This document shows, piece by piece, positions 13,280 to 26,134 of a stretch of DNA of 64,000 bases. This DNA is from Dimorphilus gyrociliatus (taxonomy: Eukaryota > Animalia > Annelida). Position 1 is the first letter of the stretch; each line of letters begins with the position of its first letter. The stretch is taken from the NCBI GenBank assembly GCA_904063045.1, contig CAJFCJ010000019.1, positions 2,734,684-2,798,683 of the forward strand, given 5' to 3'. The notes beneath the pieces are model-generated. The model was given only the letters and a program-made list of their open reading frames with translations. It ran no database searches and was not told the origin of the DNA. The position numbers were made by a program, and so were the translations under genes.

Positions 13280-14940
13280 TCAGGCGCATACACAGGTTTG
13301 GACACTGATCTTTGGGTAGCTCTTCAATGTGATTACGTCGTGCAACAAATCTCGATAGAGGAAGGTTTGTGATGACATTCTACGAGGCACGCAACAAGTA
13401 TTCGGAACTCTGTCTGGCATCATTACGACGTTGATAACGCTTTGTAATACTGCGTGATTTGACGCCATAGAAATCTGTAGGATTCATAGAATAGTATATG
13501 ATTATGGAGTCATTTGAGAGGAAGAAATCGAATACTCTATACTGTATACATAGCATGAGCTGTTTATGGAAAATTAATTAAAAGTTCTTACCGGCTTAGA
13601 AAAGTTGCAAGATCCCTCACAATAGTTTATGCGTAAACGTTTTGGTTCTATAATCCATTCGTTCCAACCAATATCCTCAATTCTTAAATCGAGCTTTCTC
13701 TTACTGCAACGGCGATCGTTCTTACGGCGAAGGCGCTTTCGAAGCTTTCGACGACGCCTATTCCACTTTCGAGATCTTTTCTGGTGTTTATCATACCATT
13801 CCTCCGGTGGTAACGTTTGCTCATCGAGTATACTTCCCAAGGCCCTGTGAGAATTCTTCGGAAAGAGTTTTGTTCTTGTATCGCGTTTACTTCTAGATGA
13901 TAGAAGTTTATGATTAAAACTCTTCCAGTTTTTTCTCTGCATTTCGTCTTCACTTGGTAATAGACTATTAGAAGGGGAGACTACCTCATTTTCTTTTTCC
14001 TTTATTATACCTTTCCAATGTTTTGAGTGAAAAAATGATCGTGAATGAGTTGGTAGATGATCTACGGATAAACTGTTTGTACCATCAGACAAGAGAAGAA
14101 GGTAAGGGTTTTTTGATAACTTTTTCCAATCAGTTTCGTGTAAAGAAATACCAAAGATCGTTTGTGTATTAGACCAGCTTCTGATTCGTTGGATAGCTTT
14201 GGCTAAATTAACTTTTCCATGCTTCACTTCATAATAGCCCTTCTCAATAACAGGTTTAGAATTTCGGCGAATTGTATGAATTGTTAGGAAGGTCCTGTTC
14301 CAAGAAGACTTTGAACGATCGTGCCATAAGTGTACTTGAGCGTTCTTTAGCTTTTCGGCCTTGGGGAGGGCGGAGATGTTGAATATTAAAAAGTCTTTAT
14401 CGCCTAGGTTAACTGAAAATATTATGAAGATGTACAAATTAAGAAATTTTTAATTATCATTAGATATATAAGAATTGATCAAAAGATTAATAATCACATC
14501 TGAACGATAAGCAACAAGTAAATGTTAGCATTTAATCTAAAATTGAAATGACAAATGCAGTCATTCGAGTTAATTAAAATAGACAATGATGAAAAATATA
14601 TGAATTTTGCAAATAATGCAAATGTTATTTGTCATATTTACAAAATAGAAATATTTATATTCGAAATATGTTTTATTAAAGAAGTTTAAATACCTTTATA
14701 GCCTTTAACGTATCTCAGCGTGTTACCCACGAAACCATTCAGGTAAATGGAACTTCTATTAAATTTGGAGTAATATTCCAACATGATATTAGGAATTATT
14801 TTATCCTTTAATAGTTTGGAACGATGCATACGTTCGAGGAGATTTGCAGCACTTTCAATTAAATTTGCTTCCTTTGTAGCCTTCGCACAAATGAGAAGGG
14901 AGTTAAGCAAGAAGAGGCAGAAAAGTAGGGTCTTCTTCAT
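13280..14940 (-). CDS. BMP3: TGF-beta superfamily ligand, BMP3/GDF10-like. Exons 14940-14694, 14412-13592, 13474-13280.
   Basis: Signal peptide MKKTLLFCLFLLNSLLICA; prodomain FLIFNISALPKAEKLKNAQVHL; furin-type RSKR. Mature cystine knot C..DIGWNEWII.PK..YCEGSC..SNHAVLQSVI..CCVPRRMSS..LKSYPKISVQTCVC is closest to the BMP3/GDF10 pattern (SNHATIQSIV..CCVPEKMSS..LKVYPNM). Both introns are GT-AG and frame-compatible. Confidence 0.8.
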
Positions 14941-17107
14941 TTTTATCTTTTTGACAGCAATCCTCTTTTTATCCTTGTTATTTATTTAGAGAAGCGAAGA
15001 ATTTTGTTTACGTTTCCGTTCGTAAATACGTATATAGAGAGGTTTGACGATGCTTTAATTCTGTTTGAAAACGTGTGTTATCTACTCGGCTCCTGATTCG
15101 ATGAAATCTACCTACTCCTCTTTTGCTCTATTAAATCTGCTCTTTGGCGTCAACTAATTAAGCCAAAATCCAAATATATCTATCTAAAACAATAGTAAAG
15201 ACAAACACACGTGTTGAACAGATTCTGACCGAATGCCTTTTGTCGGAATACAACCTACGCCCCCTTGTGGCATTCAAATTCTCTAATTCTCACGCAGCCT
15301 TCCAATAAATATTACATTCGCGTTCAAAGACAAATTACCGTCCATATATAAGAGCCTATTCAAATTGTCGCTTCTGTTATCAAGTTCGCCATCGGGGCAA
15401 CGATTTTCTTTTATTTATTACGTAATATACTTTTAAGTTTTCCTTTCTTCTTCAAGAAAATTTCACCATTTTTCAATTCAACTTGTAGCCATTTAATGAT
15501 GATGGAAAGATAATAAATATGGAGCAAATTATACTTATTTTTTATCTTTATAGCCTCAAACATCCATAGCATTGTATTTTTACTTTTTCTTCTCTTTTAC
15601 TTGTTTTTCCTTAAGACTTTTGATCTTTGAAAATCTTTTTCTTTGCGTATATCCTCTTTGGATTAATTAGACGCTTATATGAAAAAAATACCGGTTAAAT
15701 TGTTGACGGAATCGAAATAGACATATCAGAGGAAATAATCAACTTAATGGCGCACACCTGGTCTTTTTCAAAGCAGACATTGCCTCATAAAATATTCTGT
15801 CACTCTGTTAAAATTGGCTCTATTCACCCATGCTTGAAAGGGAACATAGTACGATTGTAGTAAGTTTCTCTTTTTCTAAACACTTTAGGGTTAAGTTAAC
15901 TTTGAGTTGCTAAAGATTTAGATATATAAATATCTAAAAAACAGAGCTGTTTATTATAAAAATGAACTGCATCGCTTAATAACTAACGTTTTTAGTAATG
16001 GATTTAACCTTTAGCTGTTTACTTTCCCAAAGCATTGCGGAATGATGGGAAAGAAAAATATTCCATTTTATTCGAACGTTCGACATTCTTTACCCAACTT
16101 ATCTGTTTATTATAAGCGTTGGGCACATGGCTTTCAATTACGCGCTGTTTGTAAACTACAAACGCCCAATCCTAATAATAGAGCGCACTTTTTCTTCTCT
16201 AAAAGACATCAAAAGATCTTTATATTCAAAAGCTACCTGCAATTTCAAACGCCAAACGTTTTTCTTTGAAAGAAAAAGCAGGTTGACATGCGCTAAGAAA
16301 AAAGTGGAAAGTTGAATACATGCTTTTGACAGGTACAAAACGAATCGAGTAATTGAGATAATTGCTGTTAATTATACCTAACAGTACGTTTTCACAACGG
16401 TTTTCATCTCTTTTATTCTCTTTAAAAAAAAAATATCAGGTGGTCATTAACGGCTTCCAAACAGATGTTTATCTTTTTCGCAACCTTTCGGCATTTTTAA
16501 CTGCTCGTCGTTAAATTCGTTTGAACGTGATTACATTCACCGCAGTTAATCCCTTAAAATGCCCGCTAATTTTTCTCCCACCACGAGACTAATCCGGATA
16601 ATTATCGTACGTTCAGGTAATAATCTTAAATTAAGAATTCTAAATCGTCGGAATAAAAAACACTCTAGAGAACTATTTAAATGGAATAAAAACGAAAACA
16701 GTTACTGTTTACGTTTCTCCAATAATAGGGAGGTTATTGTTTACATCTTATCATGCGAAGAAGCGGTTAGCGATAGTCTGTTAAGTCACTTAAACTGTAA
16801 TAAATGTCTCTGATATAGTCAATAAAATATCGATTAGAGGAAAGAGTCTTCTTTTTTTTTCTAAATTGAACAGAATGTAGAATAAAACTTGAAAAAGTAA
16901 ATAACACAGTCAACGCAAATAATAGATATGATTGATTTTTGGGAACTTATATCATAATCGTAATTGAAGGAAGACGTAATTCAAAACTCTACTGACATAA
17001 CGTCAAATTAAATAAATTATTAAATATTACATTTCGTTCATTAGACTTTTCTTTTGACAAGGATAACAACAAGAAAAAATACTTTTTACTTTCTTGGACA
17101 ACATACT

Positions 17108-18265
17108 TTAGATATTCGTATTGGGAGAAACAACGACATCGGGAAGTGGGTTATCTTCATGTAAATTGCCGCGTGAAGTCGCCAGTAGACAGTTGTCTAT
17201 TCGGTACGAAGAAACGCCACTCAGCGGTCGATTAACAGTACTAGATGAAGGCGTACTCGCCCAACGTCGTGGGTGAACGCTAGATGGCGGTTTAGAATAT
17301 TGTACTAAAGCGTATTGAGCGGAGCTCCTATCGGCCGGAAAACATTTCTGGCAAAAAGTCTGCAGGAAAGTTCTTCTGAATTTCTGACCAAAAGCACAAT
17401 ATAAAATAAAATTTATGGACGAATTAACAGTCACTGAAAAGTTCCTAACTGAACTTAAAATTGCCCAATCCATTTCAAATGCTCTTTCATTTGAGGTGAT
17501 CACGTAGCCAACATTATAGACCATAGCAGGTAGTTGACAAACAATAAATACGACAACAACTGATGCTAACATTATTGTAACATTATTTTCACGATGTTGT
17601 CGAACATTCATTGTCTGATGATTTCTAGTAGACTCCCGGACTGCTCGAACAAGAAAGGTGTTGAGAATGGCTAGTACTACTAATGGTATAATGTACATCA
17701 TTGGTACATAGAGAATGTAGTAGATTCTTTTGTACTTTTCAATATTCAATAAAAGTGCACTAACAGCTTGAAATTTACCATCTTTATAGCCTGGCCGATA
17801 TTCGAACCATCGTGGTATGTTGTAGAGAGTGGAAGCTAAAGATACGGCACCTATAACAAGTTTAGCTCGCGTTCTGGTACACATACTGGCAGCCCTGAGC
17901 GGATGACAAACGGCTATATAACGTTCAACTGTAAAGCTGACCGTTAGATAAATCGTTGCTGTCTGAGAAATAAGAGCAATTGGATAGGTGTAGCTAACAA
18001 TGAAGGGATGTATTTCCTCCTTGTAAATGGGAATAATTTGCCCAACAGACATGAGTAGAGTGGACATGATGAGCACTATCGAATCCCAAAATGCTAAAGC
18101 AGTTAGGAAATGGTTGGTAGACGTTTTCATTGAACGTTGAAAAAGGACAAGAATGGTTAAAATATTTCCAATTAAGCCTGGGCAAACGACAACCACCGTC
18201 GCAACACCCTCAAGCCAAAATATGGCCATATTTGTTGCATTTGAATGATTATTGCTAATATTCAT
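17108..18265 (-). CDS. Class A neuropeptide GPCR, FMRFamide-receptor-like family; coding region intronless
   Basis: Seven hydrophobic helices with GLIGN (TM1), TNHFLTALAFWD (TM2), TVERYIAVCHPL (TM3), YNIPRWFEY, FIVCQLP and NSSINFILYCAFGQKFR (TM7). Start placed at MNISNNHSNAT (N-glycosylation sequons) because the upstream in-frame Met lies in a polypyrimidine tract ending in an AG acceptor at 18281-18280. Confidence 0.88.
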   Translation of the reverse strand: MNISNNHSNATNMAIFWLEGVATVVVVCPGLIGNILTILVLFQRSMKTSTNHFLTALAFWDSIVLIMSTLLMSVGQIIPIYKEEIHPFIVSYTYPIALISQTATIYLTVSFTVERYIAVCHPLRAASMCTRTRAKLVIGAVSLASTLYNIPRWFEYRPGYKDGKFQAVSALLLNIEKYKRIYYILYVPMMYIIPLVVLAILNTFLVRAVRESTRNHQTMNVRQHRENNVTIMLASVVVVFIVCQLPAMVYNVGYVITSNERAFEMDWAILSSVRNFSVTVNSSINFILYCAFGQKFRRTFLQTFCQKCFPADRSSAQYALVQYSKPPSSVHPRRWASTPSSSTVNRPLSGVSSYRIDNCLLATSRGNLHEDNPLPDVVVSPNTNI

Positions 18266-21200
18266 TTTCTTCCAGTGTTCTATAAAATGAAAAAAGAAAA
18301 GCATTTATTTTACTTTTATCTCAAGAATATTTGTATAAAGTATTTCGAATCATAGCCTGCTCTATAACGCATACAATTACACATATAGCAAACTACTATT
18401 TTCCTCGTTTATATACGGTTCAATTGAACCGGAAGTCATCGGAAAAAGCAGGCAGCTGGAAAACTGCAATCTATCAAACGTGTCAATGATTTGTAATTCT
18501 CCCTAAACAGAAGTCCAACCAGATCCTACAATGAACAGGAAAAATAATCTCTTATAAGCAAAGAAAATTCCGAAGATCCTTCATCTAGGGACTCTATACA
18601 ATAGACAACAAAATTGACGTGGAAATTAATTTACTGTTCTCTTATACTATTTGCTAAAAAAATCTGAAAAGTTGTATAAACACGTGATCTGTAACTGACT
18701 ATGAAAAATAATGCAAATTTTTCTATAGATGAGCTTTTTCATGAGACAACTAGGCAATTTCAATTTTCTCCCTTTTAACTTTTTGATATTTAATAAGAAA
18801 AAGTGATCAAGAAAAAGAAAATGGAAGCCCTGAATAAACCTTCACAAAAGTATGTTAGTATCAAAAAGGATAAATATGATATACACTGTATATATATATA
18901 TATATATATATATATTCGCACATTCAGTTTTCCGTTTTGTTCGTATACAGTTATAGCTTCAACTCTTTAATTACGTGATACACGGATAAAGATTTTAGGA
19001 GGTTTTCTTATGTCATACGAGTTGTAATAACTATATTATTATATATCATCTGTAGCCGATTTGTATTTATGTGGGACAACGTTTACTTTTTATGGCTTTT
19101 CGATATATCAAATTTTCCTAGCCGTCGATGCAGATCGACGATCTCGTCTCGTATAGTTTGTCTTGCTGTAAGTTATGTTGATTATCGATATAAACGACGC
19201 CAGAACGTGTTCGATCGTCCTCCAGAAAAATTATACTTGCAGAGGCGGGTGACAAACGGTTTGTTATTTTTTTCCGCGAAGTCATATAAAACTTATTCCG
19301 GTAGAAGATTGTCAGTTGTTTCTTTTTTAGTCGAAGCTACAATGCTTACGACTTTTGTTGTTTTAAGGATACTTCCTTTTATATGCCTCTTTCATATAAA
19401 CTTTATCATAAGCATATGTATGCTATATATACTTTATAAATGTATATACTGTACATTACATATATATATATGTATATAAATGGAAGGAAGAATTAGATAA
19501 ATATAAATAATAGAATACATATATACATATATATATAGTATATACAGTATATACAGTATATATATATATATATATATATGTAAAGTATATGCTATATATA
19601 ATAGTAATAATTGAAAATAGTTTTCAACAGTATATACCACTTCGTTGATTATAAAACTGATAAAAAAAAGTAATTGATTCGAATGACAGACCGTTTGAAG
19701 AAAAAGTAAGATTTGGGAGTTTTATTCTCATAAATGGAGATCGTCATCTAAGATTCTGCCAGGATTCCAAAGTTTATCCAAAAAGTGATTTATCCAGGGG
19801 AATGCACTAAACGGAAAGCCTTTATTTTTTCTTTCCCTCTCTCGCCAATCACAAGGCTCCTATAAATTTAGGCTAAATGTGTTTTTTTACCCTAACAAAC
19901 GGAAAGTGTAATAACTGAGTCCTTACAAGACAGCCGTAAAAAAATCCAAAAGTTCAACTGAGGTTACCAGACGTAATGAAGTTCTTTATTAGACTTTTTA
20001 ACAAAATAGAAGCGGTAGCCTTTTCTAAGCTCAATCTTTGCGTTTTCTTTCATCTTGTTCCATCATATAAGCCTTAGAGGCAGTGTAAAAAAAAAAAGAA
20101 ATAGAGATTCTTACCGTCCAGTATGTTGTCTATAAATTGAATAATTTATTTAAGATGAGTTGAAATGGACCGAACGTCTTCTTTCGTGAACCTCCTAGGA
20201 CCTACTTCCGTCTTGGAGACAAACGAAAAATACAAACAAACGTTCTTCTCTTTTTGATACGATCTGGGTTAGATATATTTTCCACTTTGACGCATTTTTC
20301 GAACAGGTGGCGTTGCATGCAAATGTATAAATTAAAGTTTTTCAACTTGTATATTTAGTACATGTATTTAATATTTTGAATTTATTAAAATAGAGATACT
20401 AATTATCTTCTTTTAATTATAACAATGATATAAAAAGTAATTAATAGTCATTTATCATTTTATCCGTACTAAAAGACATATAGAGGTATACGCAATCATT
20501 AAAATGTTTATTTGTTTACATCACCAGTTAATTTGTTTGTTCATAGGCGCAACTGTTAATTAAGAATTTCTTTTCTTGCATCATTCTACTTTTTTAGTCA
20601 TACGTTTTTCTAACGTGACATTTAAAAAAACATTTATAGAAAAAAGAAATCTGTGCCGGGGCTATATATAACTTAAATTTATTGTAAGAAAACTGCAAAA
20701 ATACATTAAAGTATAAGAATTATTTTTATCATTTTATTTATAATAATAACATAGGTCATTATTTAAGTATTCACACTTAATTTTTGTTTATTTATATAAA
20801 TAAGCATGTTAAAAAAATTGATATATACACTATCAATATAATTACTATTTTTTGTATAGTATTGCACTTATTTCAATAGCTGTATATACAAAACTTTTAT
20901 AGTTTATTCCGATCGTTTATTAGAAAGTTCAATAGCATTTTAGCTATTTATCGACATTACATGCAGCGTTTATTATGCGATGAAACGGATGCATTGAAAT
21001 ATGAATAAAAATGTATATATGTATAGTATTTTTATATGTTATACATTGTATGTATAGCCAGTACAAGTGCATAACGACATATATGCCGTCACGAGTTATA
21101 TTTATCTATAATAATATATATATATATATATATATGTATATTTATGTATTTATATATTAAATTCGTTTGTATGTACTTTTACAGTTCCTATTTATTGAGG

Positions 21201-24200
21201 TATATAAATAGTGTACACATAGGAAAAGCAGTCGTTTGAAAAAGCCTATCTTATTACGTGTGTTGAAAGATAGAATGATGTGATTAACAGAGATGTTACG
21301 ATTTCACACATGTAAAGCGTCCATCTTTATCTCGTGTTTTGTTTACTTAACGTCAGTCGGTGTATATCCTTTAAACGTCCGTGCGTTTATAATTGATAAA
21401 TGAGTCTTACCAGCGGCAGTAAAACCAACCATAGCGATAATAATTTGACCAGACGTACTCCATAGAAAAAGAAAACTGGAGAATTCAGTACTCTGATTAT
21501 AAAAATATCTGGAAATAGTGTAAGAAAAGATGATGACAACTTTGTGTGTATGTGTGTCGTCGTTGGGAAAAACGAATTCTGTGTCCTGTCAAAAATATAT
21601 ACATAATTTCGATTTGCTGTCAAATTCGTGAAAAAAGGGAGATTCTTCAAATTCTGCATAAAGAGAGTTAAGTTGACCAAAACTACGCCGGACAAATCAA
21701 TGCTAGAAGAAGGGTGTAACTTAATTAGGATGCTAACGAAAGGAGTACGTCAACGGTAATTATTATATATCAAGGCAAATAATCAACTCATAATCATATG
21801 GGCCTCACAATACCGTTGACTTATTAGCCTCTTTTTTTATATAAAATCATTTTTTAGTCGATAAGATCCCAGTCAACACTACATAACGAAAATAAGGTCA
21901 AGAGTTACGCATTTTTTGTAGACTTTCAGTCTATAGTACCACTCTTTCGCAGATCTATAAGGATAGATGTCATTTCCTATATTATATAAGATGTAAGTGT
22001 TCGTTACGAAGAAGAGCAATTTTAAAAGTATACTTTTTTAGACAAATCTGCATAATGTGGTACTTAACATCTTTAATGGGTACCTTTTTTCATAAAAAAA
22101 AGCTTTCTTCCTTAAAGTAAATTTTAAAAACGGATGAAAATAGTTTTATTAATGTTTTATGGAAATTTATTTTTGTAATTAATTAAGCATTAAGCGTGAG
22201 GGACAAGAATTATATAAAAAACAATGTTGGTCAATGAAAGGCAGGTATGAGGGTATGTGGTACAAATAAAACAGTATGTCCTGTACTGGTATTCTCGTTT
22301 TGATACAATATACAGTATATGTTATATACTTTATATATATATATATATGAAATGAATTTATTCTTAGCTATAATATGTATGTAAACCATGTATGTATGTA
22401 TACATGCATACAGTATGTATATATCACCTGCAAGCGTATTGATCAGATAGAAATTTATCAATAAATTAGTTTGTAAGTCTTCAGAAACAGAGAAGGATAC
22501 AGGTGTTGAACGGCGATGCGTGATGAGAATGTATGCAGGTGCCCGGGACATTGATTCGACAAACAGTATCATGTATAGACCGATTAATCGAGCGCATCTT
22601 GCATGGTTTGAAGAGACGTAGGAGAGTTTGGGGCAAGATTCGAAATCGAAACTGATAAATATTTATTGAAGGATTCTCAAATGAGCATCATTCGCTGTAT
22701 GGAGGCGTTGACGAATTTGATTTCTTGTTATTATGTAATCGTAGTAAAGCGCTTTTTATAGTGACCATATAAATCCTCCCTGTACGAGAATTTATTCTCA
22801 ACGAACTATTTACCGTAATTATTAAGTGATTTACAAAATTTTCCAATGACATCTTGTTAACTTTTATACGTAAGAGTTACAGTTGGAAAATTGTTTTTTT
22901 TTCTTTTTTTTTTGTAAACTAAAGCTATTAAATTGATTGCTGATATTTCCTAATTTATGATTTTTTTCCTTTCAAAATAAAACGCTTTCGTTCGGTTTTT
23001 TTTACCAGATTATCGACAGAGGGAAAATCTAGTAATGATTTTTACTTTGTTGCACCCCTGGGCGTATCTCTTTTTTTTTTGTATAGTTTATATTAATTAA
23101 TTTCCTTCTCATTTTTTTAATATATCGACGAAATAAGGCGCAAATTTATCAATAAGGGTTTAAGAGTTAAATTTTTTAGTTAATGTTTAACTTATGATAA
23201 CAAATTAATAGAAAAATAATTAAATAGGATTTTATTACATTATAAGTCAATAGAGACGAAAATACTGTACTTTGAAAAAAACTTTATCTATCTAATTAAA
23301 CCAGATATTTAACTAATTTCATTAGAGATTATATAAAAAAAATTTTTCGCTTTTCCGGCCCTATTTGACTCAAGAGACCCTTTTCTGGAGGGCATTCTGG
23401 TTCTTGTAAATGTGAGCAAAAAAAATTGAGAATATTTGAATTGCACAAATTGTTTTCCATTTTTCGCAAACAAATCTATTCTAGATTTTCTATAAACATT
23501 AATATACAGTATTTTTATACTTGGGGAAAATTATTTTCTTATTAACATACATGTATTATATATTCTATAAAATAGAATAAGAAACTGCTTAGCTATTTGC
23601 TTTTTATAAAGAACTTTAACAAATAAACATTTCTCATTACCTAGAAATGTTGGCTCAAGAAATTAAGTTACCGTTACGGATAAAACCGATAAACATAAGT
23701 CTGTATAGTCAATACAGCATAATATTTTTTTAGTGAAAAGGGACGCCCTTTGAAGTAATACGTTGCTAAGGATAACTAAAGACATTTACGTTTTCAATAA
23801 TGACGCCTCAAAAAAAATTTTATTGAATTATTAATGACAGCTTGAAGAATAATCGACTATATAAGTCCTAAAAAGATCATGTACTAACGTTGACTGTCTA
23901 TAATTAATGCACTTATATTATTAATTAGATACCAAAAGAATATCAAGAGTGGGCTATAATATAAGAAGTAGGGGAGGAAGATTCAACTTTATAAAAGTAA
24001 TGATTCTGTACTATGATATATACTTTAGCAAATTGTGGTCGAATATCCTTCAGCTGCAGAAGCTTATTCTAAAATAGATTGATCATTATTACACATCATT
24101 TATTAGATATCATAATTCACAATGAACCTTACTATGACCCCTGATTGGTATCCATTTATTAACATCTCAATGAATATTACATAATTGTAAGGTTAAGCTA

Positions 24201-26134
24201 CACTTTCACTAACAACTGTAATTCTTATACAAATTATAGACTTTATAAATGAGTGAATATATATATATATATATACGAATATAAAGTATAAGTAAGAACA
24301 TCCATATATTCCAAGACTTTTCCATAAAGTATACCCTAGAAAGAATATATAGTAGAATATACTGTGTGAGCTATTACAAAGACATTTTTTGTTAAAAGGT
24401 TATAATAGGAAATATATGTAGTCTTCAATAATTTTGCAATTATTTATCGAATATTTCTCGATAAGCAGCTGCGGAACTATTGCATTAAGACAAATCTAAC
24501 GCCATCTACGCTATGAGAGGAGAATTATTATTAGCCGGCAAATTGATAAATTGCTATTCAATATTTGTCTAAAACACTGAAAATAAGCTGAAACATCTAA
24601 AAATAATTGTATTCTGAAAACTTTAACTTCTAAGAAATACGTCATTAATGGCTTTTTTTCTTTTCAATCAAGAGACGATTTCAGAAATGATTTGCTTCTC
24701 GCATGATAAAATTTAATTATCTAATTACTGAAACATTTCTACTCGGAATACGGAAGTGGACCTGGTCAGTGATTTTTCTTGTGATATTGTATAGGCAGTA
24801 TATATAAATTATATATATAAAATATCCTAATATATACAAATAGTAATACATAAAATCTGTACGTAGGATTCTAAACATATTATTTGTTTTGCATCAAAGT
24901 ACAATATTTACTTTAAACAGTTTATTATGTCGAATATGGCATGTTTCCTTTAGTGTAAAATTGGTAAAGTTTTATCAGCAACAGTAAAATGATATAATGT
25001 TATGATTAGCAAGAGTTTCAAACGAAGAGAATATCTTGAAGTGTAAGAAAAATTACAGTCTGAAATAGTATATATATATAAGCCAGAAAAGGCTTCTATT
25101 TTCGAGTTAATGACCCATTTTGCTTTCCTGTTTATTCAAATTTTACGACGTTATTTATCATTAGTAAACCGTCACTGCCTTAGGTAATGAATGATTTTTT
25201 TCTCAATCTTAACTCGAACTTGATCATTTATCAAAATTAAAGAAAAATTGGAAATTTATTTATAGAATTTCGCGTAGGCTCACTATCTTAGACATTAGTT
25301 TTTATTGTTTTAAAAACCCATATCACATTCGCAAACATAAGTTTTTGATAAGAAGATAAGATTAAGAAAAAGACTTGAACTATACATTTTGTTATTTAAT
25401 CAATCTTTAAATTCATTAATAAAAAACTAACGGAAGTTATTATGCTAATCAATTGTGTAATTTTTTTATTTAATTATGCAAATATTACTATAATAAGGAA
25501 AGTTTATAAAGAAAAAAAATCCATATAATTAAAAACTTTCTCACGAAAAGTACAGACATTAACAATAATTATTCGATTCATTAATGAATGAACTGAGCAA
25601 TGCTTCATTCTGCCGTTGAAGCATTTTCATTGGTATAGATGTTGAAAAGCGCCATCTAAAGTAAATAAGTGAAATACACTCTGTGAAAGTCTAATTATGA
25701 AATCTAACTAAATGGATGTACAGTGCAAGGATTAAACAGTACGTATTGTTAATTAGAATTCCTACTAGTGTAGTTATTCATAGATCAATTTGATTTGCTG
25801 TTAGAGAATTGTATTCCTCAGAGAATATTTAAAACAGTTCTATATATTTTTAGATAGTAAGAAGTAAGATAAGTTATGAATGATTCGATAGATCATATTT
25901 TACTAAAAGTAGTTCCAATCCATTTTTTTTTGTTACAGAATATACGAAGATATTAGTGCTTTCGAATATTTCACTATATAACATCTCAATAAACATTTAA
26001 GTAGTTCGATTTTGGTGATTATTGTATACTATATAGAAAAAGAAAATATATAGGAGTAATCGATCGATTCTCTAGCCAATAGGCGTCAAGATTTCTCTTT
26101 TAGGCCTGCAGCATATTTACAAGCTTATCGAGGA

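Noticed and set aside
21364-21372. Additional U12-like donors (ATATCCTTT at 21364, GTATCCTTT at 29531)
   Set aside because: No matching branch site, acceptor or coding context; a few chance copies are expected.
22470-22760. Coding-looking GC-richer patch in the GPCR-NRG interval
   Set aside because: All frames are interrupted within about 50 codons and no consistent splice model or homology was recognisable.
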